A DNA stretch of 64,000 bases, taken from positions 18,991 to 82,990 of the IMG/VR virus record IMGVR_UViG_3300005337_000019. The stretch is one strand, 5' to 3'. The stretch is from a virus. Below the pieces are notes generated by a model. The model was not told where the DNA came from, ran no database searches, and saw nothing but the letters and a program-made list of their open reading frames with translations. Both the position numbers and the translations under genes were made by a program. This document shows, piece by piece, positions 1-9,069 of the stretch; the stretch's first letter is position 1, and every line of letters starts with the position of its first letter.

Positions 1-201
1 GATCGTTCCCTGCCTGCGCGAGCTCGCCGACATTCTCGCCGGCGGCACCTTCGTCCACATGACCGAGATGACCATGCCGCCGGTCGTCGATCGCGAAGCT
101 GGCGCGCTCGCCGTTATGACCTTCACCGAATGTCCCGTGGAAGGCTGCGCGCTCTGCGTCGCCAAGGTGCCCCGCTACATGATCGCTGCCGAGAATCAAC
201 C

Positions 202-474
202 ATGAGCCGAGAGCAGGATCTGACGTGGGCCGTCGACGCCGGCGTCCTGGTGGTGGCGAGCCTCCTCACCACGCAGGAGTACGGGCACACGGTGACGCGC
301 GCGCAGAAGCGCACGTGTCTCTGCAGATGGTGCGAAGCGCATCGGTACGTCATCGACCACGAGTCGGACGTTCAACCCGAAAGTCGAAAGACATACCGGC
401 AACTGGTCGCCGCGATCGCGCGCAACGAGGCAAAGATCAAAGCCCGCCCGAAGAGGGCATGGAAGGTGTCCTGA
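202..474 (+). CDS. hypothetical protein (CxCxxC motif)
   Basis: ATG at 202 within ORF 130..474; abuts next ORF. Confidence 0.55.
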   Translation: MSREQDLTWAVDAGVLVVASLLTTQEYGHTVTRAQKRTCLCRWCEAHRYVIDHESDVQPESRKTYRQLVAAIARNEAKIKARPKRAWKVS

Positions 475-993
475 ATGGTGATGATGAAACGAATGCCGCG
501 CGCGTCGGACGCCGTGCGAGTCCCGCATTTGATGTTCCGCCACATCGGTATCGACTTCAACCGCGACGATCCGCGCCCGGAAATCACGGCGGATGTCGAA
601 GCCTTCGTCGACGACATGAACGAGCTGCGCGAGCTCTACGACGCCGGCGCGATCGACATCGGTCACGGCAGCGCGCTTGTGACCGAACCACCGCACTACG
701 CACTGCGTCTGGACCGGTCGATCGACATCGAACCGCCATGGTCGTCGAGTAGACCAGTTCTGCGCGGCAGCGGCCGTGTTTACGCGCGCGACCGAGAAGG
801 CGGTCCAATCATCATTCTCGTACGAGTGCCGTTCCAGCGGCGACCGTGGCGCATCACGATCGAGCTTGACCACGGCCGGGACTGGATTCTGCCGCGGGAG
901 CCTTTGACGATGCGCCAGGCAGGCCTCGCCGAGATGATCATCCAAAGCGCGCGACCGCTCTTTCGAAACCGAGGTGGGAGTACTTCGAAATGA
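475..993 (+). CDS. hypothetical protein
   Basis: 172-aa ORF; stop overlaps next start (ATGA). Confidence 0.55.
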   Translation: MVMMKRMPRASDAVRVPHLMFRHIGIDFNRDDPRPEITADVEAFVDDMNELRELYDAGAIDIGHGSALVTEPPHYALRLDRSIDIEPPWSSSRPVLRGSGRVYARDREGGPIIILVRVPFQRRPWRITIELDHGRDWILPREPLTMRQAGLAEMIIQSARPLFRNRGGSTSK

Positions 994-2249
994 CCAGCAC
1001 AATCCCGATCACGCTTCCCGGCCTGACCGACGAGCAAGTATCGAAGATGTTTCCATTTGGCCTCGTCATGCTCGCCCACGTCGGCAGCAAGAGCCACGGC
1101 ACCTACGTTCCCAAAGCCGACCCGGAGAGCATCGACGACATCGACCTCATGGGCGTCTTCATCCCGCCGCTGGCCGGCTACTTCGGCTTCGGCCGCCAAC
1201 AGACCGTCGAGCGAAAGTTCGGCGAGTTCGGGCCGTACGACTGCGTGAGCTACGACCTGCAGCACTTCGTGACTCTGCTCATGAAGTCGAATCCGAATGT
1301 GCTCGGCATGCTGTGGATGCCGCCCGAGCACCTGCTCTACCGCACGCACGTCGCCAACACGCTCATCGAAAACCGCGACATGTTCGCCACGCGCCACGCC
1401 TACCAGAGCTTCGTCGGCTACGCGAGAGGGCAGTTGCACCGCATGACTCACTTCGACGCCGCGGCGCGCCTCCGGATGCAGCAAGTCGAGGACGAGCTCG
1501 AGCGCCGGACGATCCCACTGAACCTGACGCCAGAGGAGTTGCTGGACACTCGCCCCGATCTTTACCGCGAGGCGGGATCGTGGAAGCCGGGCGAGACAGG
1601 CTCGCGGCCGTTCCTCGAGGAGAAGGGTTGCGATCTCCTCGAGACCTACCGGCAGATGTGCAACAAATACACGAGCGGGTACATGGGGAAGAAGCGCCGC
1701 GAGCTCGTCGAGCGGTTCGGCTACGACGTGAAGAACGCCGCACACCTTCTCCGCCTCCTGTCCATGGCGATCGAGTTTCTGTCGACGGGCGAGCTTCACG
1801 TCGACCGGACCGAGCGCGACGCCGATCAACTCATGGAGGTGAAGCGCGGCGAATGGACCCTCGCCCGCGTGAAGGCGTGCGCTGACGCGTTGTTTTCTGA
1901 GGCCGAGATCGCGCACCAGCGGAGCCGTCTGCCGCTTCGGCCTGACCGGGAGGCGGTCGAGCGCATGCTCGTGCGGATGCTGGGCGACGCCTTCGCGGTG
2001 CCGTTGGAAGCGCGCGGGCATCTCGCAATCATGCTGCATTACGTGCATCTCGTCGCTAAGTCGCGCGGCAACACGACTGTTCTGGCTTCATGCCTCGCGG
2101 TCAACGGAGCACCCTGCGAATGGTGCAACGCGGGATCGCCGATTTCGACGCTGACGCTTACCGGGAGCGGCTACGGCTATCCCCACGGCGTCGATACGGG
2201 TGAGTTCCGGCGCCTGGTCGGCGAGATGAGAGAGCGAGGGTACGTGTGA
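990..2249 (+). CDS. DNA polymerase beta-superfamily nucleotidyltransferase (YcgL/RlaP-like)
   Basis: GSKSHG...DDIDLMGVF NTase motif, KSNPNVLGML, FGYDVKNAAHLLRLL segment typical of this family. Confidence 0.85.
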   Translation: MTSTIPITLPGLTDEQVSKMFPFGLVMLAHVGSKSHGTYVPKADPESIDDIDLMGVFIPPLAGYFGFGRQQTVERKFGEFGPYDCVSYDLQHFVTLLMKSNPNVLGMLWMPPEHLLYRTHVANTLIENRDMFATRHAYQSFVGYARGQLHRMTHFDAAARLRMQQVEDELERRTIPLNLTPEELLDTRPDLYREAGSWKPGETGSRPFLEEKGCDLLETYRQMCNKYTSGYMGKKRRELVERFGYDVKNAAHLLRLLSMAIEFLSTGELHVDRTERDADQLMEVKRGEWTLARVKACADALFSEAEIAHQRSRLPLRPDREAVERMLVRMLGDAFAVPLEARGHLAIMLHYVHLVAKSRGNTTVLASCLAVNGAPCEWCNAGSPISTLTLTGSGYGYPHGVDTGEFRRLVGEMRERGYV

Positions 2250-2803
2250 GCGACGGCGTAGTGATGGACGTCGACGTGTGGCCGGACGGCACGATCTCGA
2301 AAGCGTGGTTCGACGCCTCGCGCCGACTGCGCTACATGCTCGAGCGCGACTTCCGCCCGAACCTCGTCGACCGGGAGCTCGCCGGCGCCGTCACGTTCGT
2401 GATGCTCAACCCGTCGACGGCTGACGCCCTCAAGAACGATCCGACCGTCGCACGGTGCTGCGATTTCGCGAAACGCTGGGGGTTCAAACGCCTCATCGTC
2501 GTCAACCTGTACGCGCTCCGGAGCACCGATCCGCGCGCGTTGCTGGCCGACGACGACCGCGTGGGCGAGCACAACGACCGCTACATCGTCCGCGCGGCCG
2601 AACAGAGCGATCGCGTCATCGCCGCATGGGGCGCGAACGTCACCGTGAAGCGCGACCGGCGCGACATCGATGTCTTGCAACTCCTGCACGGCGCAGGTTG
2701 CGATGTTCACGCGCTCCGCGTCACAAAGCACCGCTACCCGTCGCACCCGCTCTACATCCCGGCAGCCACGGTGCCCGTGATGTACCGGCGGCACCAGTCG
2801 TAA
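2246..2803 (+). CDS. DUF1643 domain protein
   Basis: RYMLER...FVMLNPSTAD...DPTVARC...VNLYALRSTDP...AAWG...PSHPLY signature. Confidence 0.9.
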   Translation: MSDGVVMDVDVWPDGTISKAWFDASRRLRYMLERDFRPNLVDRELAGAVTFVMLNPSTADALKNDPTVARCCDFAKRWGFKRLIVVNLYALRSTDPRALLADDDRVGEHNDRYIVRAAEQSDRVIAAWGANVTVKRDRRDIDVLQLLHGAGCDVHALRVTKHRYPSHPLYIPAATVPVMYRRHQS

Positions 2804-2813
2804 GGGAGCTCCA

Positions 2814-3077
2814 ATGTCCGACCCGAGAGAACCAGATCCGCGCAGGGTGCAAGCATGGAAGACACGCAGGGCGAGGTACGGCACCGCGGGACATGCCCGC
2901 CCGTACCGCACGTCGCCTACGCCGGCGGATGATCTCGGAAGCCGCGCCCTCGCGTTCGTGCTGCGGCTTCACGCGCAGGGTGATCTGTCAGAGGGGCAGT
3001 GCAGCAAGGCGCTCGGCATCGACCGCGTGACGTTCCGTGCGCTCGTGGACGACAGGGCACCGAGGAGCCACCCGTGA
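2814..3077 (+). CDS. small hypothetical protein with C-terminal HTH-like segment
   Basis: SD GGGAG; LSEGQCSKALGIDRVTFR. Confidence 0.6.
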   Translation: MSDPREPDPRRVQAWKTRRARYGTAGHARPYRTSPTPADDLGSRALAFVLRLHAQGDLSEGQCSKALGIDRVTFRALVDDRAPRSHP

Positions 3078-3499
3078 CGCGCCAGGACCGCACGGCAAGG
3101 TGGCGCGAGATCGCCGCGGCCATCGATCGCCACGTGGCTGCCGCGCTGCGCTTTCGGCCGGAGATGCGGCACGTCGTGACGACGGGTCTGGTCGTGGGGG
3201 AGCCCGACGACTCGTTCGCGGTCGGACTGATCGATCCGCCGTCATGCACGAGCGTCGTCGCTGGTTTCGTGGTCACGTGGGAAGAGGCGGCATCTCTCGA
3301 CGCGAACGCCCTGGCCGATGGAGTTCGGCGCATGGTCATGGAGACCATTGCCGCGCTCGACGCCTCCCGCGCCGGCGACCGTAAATTCGGTGAAAATACG
3401 GTGTTGGAGCTCTGCCCAGTGCTCGACGAGGCTTCCTCTATCCCCGAAGCGGCATGGGGCCGCCTTGGGCCGATTCTCGACGGTGGCGAGCCAACGTGA
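3074..3499 (+). CDS. hypothetical protein
   Basis: GAGGAG SD, GTG start overlapping upstream stop. Confidence 0.55.
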   Translation: MTRQDRTARWREIAAAIDRHVAAALRFRPEMRHVVTTGLVVGEPDDSFAVGLIDPPSCTSVVAGFVVTWEEAASLDANALADGVRRMVMETIAALDASRAGDRKFGENTVLELCPVLDEASSIPEAAWGRLGPILDGGEPT

Positions 3500-3819
3500 C
3501 GCCCCGGTTGAAGCCGCTGTGTGCGGTTTGTCGCACAAATCGACTCCCGCACCGGTGGGACGTGATCGACCGGGCCCGCCGCGACGGGAAGATCCTCACG
3601 TGCGGACCTGTCTGCGCGACGTTGCGGAAGCATCGGAAGCGGGACGGCCGCGGCACGAGGCAAGTGCCGGCGCCCAGTGCAGCTCTCCTCGAGACACGGC
3701 CGCGGCGCGTCTTTCAGGAGCCGGAGGACCTGCCGACGCACTCGGAAGCGATCGAGCGCGAGCTGCGCCAGGCCGAGCGCGAGGCCGAGGAGCGTCTGGC
3801 GCGTATCATTCATGGCTGA
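3496..3819 (+). CDS. hypothetical Cys-motif protein
   Basis: GTGA coupling; CxxC...CxxxC. Confidence 0.5.
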   Translation: MTPRLKPLCAVCRTNRLPHRWDVIDRARRDGKILTCGPVCATLRKHRKRDGRGTRQVPAPSAALLETRPRRVFQEPEDLPTHSEAIERELRQAEREAEERLARIIHG

Positions 3820-3822
3820 GCC

Positions 3823-4071
3823 ATGGGGAGCCTGTTCGAAGAGATCGCGTTGTCCGAGATGACGCCGCCGCCACGCCTGGGTCGCGCTGGCGAGCCAATC
3901 GGACACATCGCGTGGCACGAGGAATCGCCTGACCGTGTCTTTTGCGGCGTTGCCTGTCCGTGGCATCAAGCGTGGGCGCCGATGCGCGAAGAGGTGCGCA
4001 AGACCAAGCAATTCCGCGAGGAGATCGAGCGCCGCGCCATGCGCCCGCCGATTTTCTGCCGGCCCACCTGA
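3823..4071 (+). CDS. hypothetical protein
   Basis: 82-aa ORF packed after previous gene. Confidence 0.45.
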   Translation: MGSLFEEIALSEMTPPPRLGRAGEPIGHIAWHEESPDRVFCGVACPWHQAWAPMREEVRKTKQFREEIERRAMRPPIFCRPT

Positions 4072-4251
4072 GAAAACCAGCCCGCGCGTCCGTCTCATGA
4101 GAAGCCGGATGTGCGGAGAAACGCCGCGAGTCTCGCGGCACCCGCCGGACCAGAAGGCACCACGGCAACGCGCTGAACGACCGCTGCAGTGAGCGGCCGC
4201 AGAGGCAGCGGGGAGGCGGCGTCCTGTCGTCTCCCCACCCCGTAGCGACCC

Positions 4252-4287
4252 ATTTCTAGAAATTCGGGATTCGATTTCTAGAAATCG
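4252..4287. promoter_or_regulatory. tandem palindromes ATTTCTAGAAAT x2 (operator-like)
   Basis: ATTTCTAGAAAT at 4252-4263 and CGATTTCTAGAAATCG at 4272-4287; centres 22 bp apart, just upstream of TTGACA. Confidence 0.55.
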
Positions 4288-4298
4288 CGCGCGCCCTC

Positions 4299-4333
4299 TT
4301 GACATGCTAACCGCTAAGCATTACATTATGAGC
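4299..4333 (+). promoter_or_regulatory. class I promoter-operator cassette, copy 1
   Basis: TTGACA 4299, ATGCTAACCGCTAAGCAT 4304-4321, TACATT 4322-4327, ATG 6 nt later. Confidence 0.85.
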
Positions 4334-4537
4334 ATGAAAGAAATCGCATCGCTCCGACACGCCCGCCGCTACGCCGAGTACACCGCAAACGACCTGCGCG
4401 ACCACTACGACCAGTGCGCCACGTGCTCGCCCGGCCGCGATTGCTCCCTGGCGCTGACTCTGAAGCGCAAAGCGGAGACCGCGGCGGACGACCTGAAGAT
4501 GGCCCGCAAGCTCCGCAGCGAGCAGCGCCGGAAGTAG
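4334..4537 (+). CDS. small H-C-C-C zinc-binding protein, probably leaderless
   Basis: LRDHYDQCATCSPGRDCS; similar to 12561..12761. Confidence 0.7.
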   Translation: MKEIASLRHARRYAEYTANDLRDHYDQCATCSPGRDCSLALTLKRKAETAADDLKMARKLRSEQRRK

Positions 4538-4628
4538 CAACCCCCAACCAACAACACGAGCCCGCCGGGGATGGAGACTCCGGCGGGCCGCACATCGCTC
4601 GCCTGATCGAAGGAAAAGGAGGCTCACC

Positions 4629-4880
4629 ATGCAGACGAACAGCGTCCCGGTGGCCGGCACGTGCCCGGCATGCCGCGACAGCGCGGTCACGCAGCGTGAC
4701 GTGTACGGATATGCGCGCGCCTACCTCTGCGTCACGCATCGATCGACGTGGGACGCTGCGGATCACCATGCGCACTCGAGCGGTTGCCCGTGGCCGCCGC
4801 GAGGCTGCCCGCGCTGCAAGACTGAATCTCAACCGCACCACTTGACAATGCTAAGCGGTGAGCATACATTACCAGTATGA
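4629..4880 (+). CDS. small Cys/His-rich protein
   Basis: AAGGAGG SD; CPAC, HSSGC, CPRC. Confidence 0.6.
   Translation: MQTNSVPVAGTCPACRDSAVTQRDVYGYARAYLCVTHRSTWDAADHHAHSSGCPWPPRGCPRCKTESQPHHLTMLSGEHTLPV
4842..4876 (+). promoter_or_regulatory. class I promoter-operator cassette, copy 2
   Basis: TTGACA 4842, ATGCTAAGCGGTGAGCAT 4848-4865, TACATT 4865-4870, ATG 4877. Confidence 0.85.
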
Positions 4881-5233
4881 CAACGACGAACGTGCTGCCG
4901 CTCGCTCCCCTCACCACCGCCGACGACCGCTCCGCAACCATCCGCACCATCCGCAAGAACCTCCATGCCCGCGGCCTCACGTGGGTGTCGGTGGTCGGCG
5001 ACCGCGGAACTGCGTGGGCGTGGATCACCATCAAAGCCATGCCGAGCAAAGGTAAGAACAGCTACGGCAGCATGACGGACGCGCAGTGTGCCGAGCTTGC
5101 CGCTGCCCTCGGCCTGGACATCGTGCATCACCAAGGCGTCTCCGTTGCCGGTAGCGACGCATACCGCGTCGAATTTCTCGACCGCAGCGCAGGCCAGACG
5201 CCCCGCATGATCGGCAAGCCGTACTGGGACTGA
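4877..5233 (+). CDS. hypothetical protein, probably leaderless
   Basis: 118-aa ORF starting 6 nt after the -10 box. Confidence 0.75.
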   Translation: MTTTNVLPLAPLTTADDRSATIRTIRKNLHARGLTWVSVVGDRGTAWAWITIKAMPSKGKNSYGSMTDAQCAELAAALGLDIVHHQGVSVAGSDAYRVEFLDRSAGQTPRMIGKPYWD

Positions 5234-5281
5234 GCAGCGACCACCCGCATCCACCACCGAGAGAGGGGGAACGAAAGAGCC

Positions 5282-6904
5282 ATGACCGCATCGCTCTTGC
5301 AAGACGTACGCGCCGCCGGCGAGGACTTTGAGTGGTATCCGACGACCGACCGCATGATCGACGCCGTCGTGCGGTGGATCGACAAGACGGCGAAGTCCGT
5401 GATGGACATCGGCGCCGGCGACGGCCGCGTGTTGCGGCGCCTGGCCGCTGTGTTCGAACACGAACCGCAGCTCTTCGCGATCGAGAAGTCGAACGTCCTC
5501 ATTCAGGCGCAGCCGGAGAACGTCATCCCGGTCGGCACGGACCTGTTCGAACAGAACCTCGCGTGTCTGCCGGTCGATTACATCTTCTGCAACCCGCCGT
5601 ACTCGGCTTTCGAGCTGTGGGCGACTGTCATCATCGAGTCAGGCCATGCGCGGAAGGCGTTTCTCGTCATCCCCCAGCGGTGGAAGGGTGACGCGTCGAT
5701 CGCGGACGCGCTGAAGAAGCGCGGCGCCACCGCGCGCGTCATTCACAGCGATCACTTCCTCGACGCGGAGCGGCGCGCGCGCGCCGTCGTCGACATCGTC
5801 GAGGTGTCCTACCCGATGAAGGAAGGCCGTGGGTGGCGCAGCGATCGCGAGGTGCAGGACCCGTTCGATATCTGGTTCGACGAGCACATCACGACGTTCG
5901 ACGAGGAAGTCGAGGGCGACACGTCGAGCAAGTACGAGATCGAGCAGCAGGCCCTCGCGCGGATACGGCACCTGGAGACGATCACCGACATGGTCGAGTC
6001 GTACACCGAGGAGCACGCGCGCATGGAGGAGAACTACCGCGCCATCTTCCACCTCGACTACGCGCTGCTGCGCGAGCTCGGCGTGAACAAGGCCGCCGTG
6101 CGCGACGGCCTGAAGGCGAAGATGGCCGGCCTGAAGTCGAAGTATTGGACGCTGCTGTTCGAACGGCTCGACACCATCACCGAGCGCCTGAGCACCGCCA
6201 CGAAGGCGAAGTTCCTCGAGCGGCTGACCGGCCGCACCGCACTCGCGTTCACCGCCAACAACGCCTACGCCGTCGTCCTGTGGTCGATCAAGAACGCGAA
6301 CAAATACTTCGACGAGCAGGCGGTGAAGCTGTACCGGGATCTGTCCACGCACGAGGGGGTGCTGCGCTACAAGAGCAACGTCCGGACGTGGCAGAAAAAC
6401 GACTGGCGGTACAGCAAGCACTGGGACGAGGAGGACCGGCGGCCGACGCACTACGCGCTCGACTATCGCATCGTGATCGACGGCCACAGCGCGATCGGCA
6501 CGGGCGAGTCCTGGCAGTACGACTACCCCGGCAACCTGCACAAGGGCAAGCATGAGCTCATCGCCGACATCATCGCGGTGCTCTACAACCTCGGGTGGCA
6601 GGCCCGCGGCACGCGCTCGACGGACCGCACGTGGTTCTCCGGCGAGTGGCAGAACTGGTATCAGCCGAACAGCACGGCGGTGCTCTTCCAGGTGAAGGCA
6701 TTCAAGAACGGGAACGTGCACATGCGCTTCGCGCCCGACGCCATCAAGGCGCTGAACGTCGAGGCGGGCCGGCTGCTCGGGTGGCTGCCGAGCGCGGAGG
6801 CGGTCGAATCGGAGCTCGGCTACACCGCCGAAGAGGCGCGCCGCTTCTTCGCGTCGACGAAGATGCTGACGCCGCGGTCGGTGCGTCTCCTCGAGGGCGC
6901 GTGA
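5282..6904 (+). CDS. SAM-dependent amino-DNA methyltransferase fused to a DUF4942-like C-terminal domain
   Basis: EWYPT, MDIGAGDG (motif I), FCNPPY (motif IV); C-terminal VKAFKNGNVHMRF. Confidence 0.85.
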   Translation: MTASLLQDVRAAGEDFEWYPTTDRMIDAVVRWIDKTAKSVMDIGAGDGRVLRRLAAVFEHEPQLFAIEKSNVLIQAQPENVIPVGTDLFEQNLACLPVDYIFCNPPYSAFELWATVIIESGHARKAFLVIPQRWKGDASIADALKKRGATARVIHSDHFLDAERRARAVVDIVEVSYPMKEGRGWRSDREVQDPFDIWFDEHITTFDEEVEGDTSSKYEIEQQALARIRHLETITDMVESYTEEHARMEENYRAIFHLDYALLRELGVNKAAVRDGLKAKMAGLKSKYWTLLFERLDTITERLSTATKAKFLERLTGRTALAFTANNAYAVVLWSIKNANKYFDEQAVKLYRDLSTHEGVLRYKSNVRTWQKNDWRYSKHWDEEDRRPTHYALDYRIVIDGHSAIGTGESWQYDYPGNLHKGKHELIADIIAVLYNLGWQARGTRSTDRTWFSGEWQNWYQPNSTAVLFQVKAFKNGNVHMRFAPDAIKALNVEAGRLLGWLPSAEAVESELGYTAEEARRFFASTKMLTPRSVRLLEGA

Positions 6905-6922
6905 AATTTCTTCGCCGCCCTC

Positions 6923-6957
6923 TTGACAATGCTCACCGGTAAGCATAGATTGTGAGC
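6923..6957 (+). promoter_or_regulatory. class I promoter-operator cassette, copy 3
   Basis: TTGACA 6923, ATGCTCACCGGTAAGCAT 6929-6946, TAGATT 6946-6951, ATG 6958. Confidence 0.85.
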
Positions 6958-7293
6958 ATGGAAACGACGAACGCAGTAGCCCAACCCACTCCCACCACCC
7001 CGCGCATCTCGAAAAAGTGCGCGTCCACGATCAAAGCCGGCGACACGATCAAACCGCCGGCACGCGAGTTGAGCCTCTGGCTGCGCCGCGATCTCGCCGA
7101 GAAGGGCATGACCGAGGCCGATGCCATCATGACGGTGACCGAGGTTAAACAGGGTGCGCCGGACAAGCGTGGCCCGTGGCTGATCATCACCGCCTTCATG
7201 CCCGACGCGTGGTATGCGCAGTGCCCGCGCGGCCCGTACCCGTGGCATTTCAACGTCCGCCCGGACACGCTGTGGCCGGTGGTGCAGCAGTGA
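6958..7293 (+). CDS. hypothetical protein, probably leaderless
   Basis: starts METTN, identical to the start of the 23608..23961 gene. Confidence 0.7.
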   Translation: METTNAVAQPTPTTPRISKKCASTIKAGDTIKPPARELSLWLRRDLAEKGMTEADAIMTVTEVKQGAPDKRGPWLIITAFMPDAWYAQCPRGPYPWHFNVRPDTLWPVVQQ

Positions 7294-7505
7294 GCGCCCC
7301 GGAACACGTGCGCACGCATCGCTTCGATGCGTCGACGCTCTATCTGCGCGACGACGGCGTCGTGAAATGCGGCGCGCACGTCGGCACGGAAGCCACGTAC
7401 ACGCCCGAGCGGTGGGACGCGGTTGGCGCCGCGCCGCGCGTCGTGGTCGACGGCATCGAACTGGATTGCGAGGATTCGCGCTGCGCACGCAGAGGAGACC
7501 AATAA
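7290..7505 (+). CDS. hypothetical protein
   Basis: GTGA coupling; C-terminal CxxxxC. Confidence 0.5.
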   Translation: MSAPEHVRTHRFDASTLYLRDDGVVKCGAHVGTEATYTPERWDAVGAAPRVVVDGIELDCEDSRCARRGDQ

Positions 7506-7805
7506 ATGAAGGAGTTCAGCGTCCCCGTCATCTTCACGGTCGATCAAGCCGACGACCAATACCACGCGAATCGCATCGTGCTCAACGCGCTCGAGCATGG
7601 CCGCCGCCGTGTCGCCTTCACAGATGACGCGGTCGAGTTTTTGGGCCTCGACTGGCGCATTGACGGCGACAACTCGGCGCTCATGAGCGTCATTCACGAG
7701 ATCATCGACCACACGTCGCACGCATCGCTCCGCACGCCGGATCAAACGCTCGCGCTGGTGCGTGAAATCGCCATCAAGGCGAGGGATGCGAAGGAGGACA
7801 GATGA
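7506..7805 (+). CDS. hypothetical protein
   Basis: GAGGAG SD; N-terminus MKEFSVPVIFTV. Confidence 0.7.
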   Translation: MKEFSVPVIFTVDQADDQYHANRIVLNALEHGRRRVAFTDDAVEFLGLDWRIDGDNSALMSVIHEIIDHTSHASLRTPDQTLALVREIAIKARDAKEDR

Positions 7806-8173
7806 AGACATTCACCGTTCCAATGATGTTCACCGTGGCCGCGATCGACGGCATCGACGACCAGGGGCGCGCCACGATGCGCATCAAGACTCTGCTCGAA
7901 AGGCTGTGTGACGGCTTCGGGGAAACCACGCGCGGCGTCGACTGGGAATTCGCGTGGAGCGAGCACGCCGAGAGCGGTGTGGCCGTTTCAGCGACGGGCC
8001 TGATGACGGCGAAGGTTACTACGCCGGCGGAGCTCATCGAGGCGCTGGACGGCCTGCACACGCTCGCAATCGAGAACCTGGGCGACGACATCGCCGCGCC
8101 GTACGTTGAAGCTCTCGGCCGCGCCATCGCCGCCATCGTCAACATCACCGCGATCAAGAGGCCGACATCGTGA
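7802..8173 (+). CDS. hypothetical protein
   Basis: AGGAGG SD; N-terminus MKTFTVPMMFTV. Confidence 0.7.
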   Translation: MKTFTVPMMFTVAAIDGIDDQGRATMRIKTLLERLCDGFGETTRGVDWEFAWSEHAESGVAVSATGLMTAKVTTPAELIEALDGLHTLAIENLGDDIAAPYVEALGRAIAAIVNITAIKRPTS

Positions 8174-8418
8174 GCGACCCGCGCAACCCGAAGCGTCCGG
8201 ACGGCCCGGATGGCGACTCCTGGGCCATTTGCCGCGGCTGCATGCGCGGCGCGCCACACGTGAACGCCATTCGTCACGCGAAGAAGTGCCGCGGCCGCAG
8301 CGTGTTCACCGTACACGGAGTGGACATGAAGGGCGGCGAGCCCGCGCGCATCACCAACCCGACGACGTTGCAGCGCATCGCCGAGGGTCTGCGCAGATAC
8401 AGGGGGCACCGCTCATGA
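8170..8418 (+). CDS. hypothetical protein (CxxC...HxxxC)
   Basis: GTGA coupling. Confidence 0.55.
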   Translation: MSDPRNPKRPDGPDGDSWAICRGCMRGAPHVNAIRHAKKCRGRSVFTVHGVDMKGGEPARITNPTTLQRIAEGLRRYRGHRS

Positions 8419-8696
8419 AGCGTCGACGAACGCGCCTGACAGTCCTCCTCCTGCGTGGCGTTTTCGATCGCTACACCGCGCGCGCCACAATCGAACAGGC
8501 GAAGTGCCGCGAGGGATATCGTCCCTTTCTCGTGCTCGAGTTTCAAAACCGTGCATCGGCACTCTCGCCGGCGGCGCAGGAGCGGATCGCTAGGAAGGCG
8601 CTGCGCGCGTTGGCCGAGGAGTTCGGCGTCGAGGTGGGCCCTACCGAGTACGAGAGCGAAGGCGGCGCGCGGATACGCCTCGGCGTCGACGACTGA
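8415..8696 (+). CDS. hypothetical protein
   Basis: ATGA coupling within ORF 8106..8696. Confidence 0.55.
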   Translation: MKRRRTRLTVLLLRGVFDRYTARATIEQAKCREGYRPFLVLEFQNRASALSPAAQERIARKALRALAEEFGVEVGPTEYESEGGARIRLGVDD

Positions 8697-8699
8697 GGT

Positions 8700-8727
8700 T
8701 TGACCGCCGTTCGTCATAGCGTATAAT
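8700..8727 (+). promoter_or_regulatory. sigma70-type promoter of the tRNA/ncRNA region, carrying the class II core motif
   Basis: TTGACC-16 nt-TATAAT; spacer contains TTCGTCATAGCG. Confidence 0.75.
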
Positions 8728-8827
8728 CGCCCTCGGGCCAATGAACACCGGAGGACGTGCAGAAAGCCGCGCGGACAGGACTGGACGCCTCACGCATGGC
8801 GTTATCGCATCACCGTGACGGCGGCCC

Positions 8828-8841
8828 GACTCTTTGACATC
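8828..8841 (+). promoter_or_regulatory. boxA-like antitermination motif
   Basis: CTCTTTGACA resembles rrn/lambda boxA (GCTCTTTAACA) and lies upstream of RNA genes. Confidence 0.4.
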
Positions 8842-8847
8842 TGAGGT

Positions 8848-8982
8848 CACCGGCGACGCGCCGTAGCCTCCACATGACGAGCATCACGTTGCGCAGGAAC
8901 GCCGCCGTGATGCTCGTCGGGGGCGCCATCCGCGGCGTCGGTTAAATGGTTCCGGACGGATGGGCATGCGGCATCCGGGATC
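8848..8982 (+). ncRNA. candidate rod-like structured RNA upstream of the tRNA
   Basis: nested pairings accggcg/cgtcggt, gcctcc/gggggc, perfect 13-bp gacgagcatcacg/cgtgatgctcgtc, followed by a further hairpin. Confidence 0.45.
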
Positions 8983-8989
8983 GACGTAT

Positions 8990-9065
8990 TCGGGGATCGC
9001 CAAGACGGTAAGGCACGAGATTTTGGCTCTCGCACGCGGAGGTTCGATTCCTCCTCCCCGAGCCA
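8990..9065 (+). tRNA. tRNA-Gln (anticodon TTG)
   Basis: acceptor TCGGGGA/TCCCCGA, anticodon arm CGAGA-TTTTGGC-TCTCG, T arm GGAGG-TTCGATT-CCTCC, encoded CCA. Confidence 0.95.
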
Positions 9066-9069
9066 ACCA

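Noticed and set aside
4299-6960. Repeats considered as a CRISPR array
   Set aside because: Copies are hundreds to thousands of bp apart, have promoter architecture, and no cas genes are present. The 53901 nuclease lacks the Cas4 Fe-S cysteines.
8935-8985. Stem followed by TTAAAT reminiscent of a pistol ribozyme
   Set aside because: The pseudoknot and remaining conserved elements are not evident.
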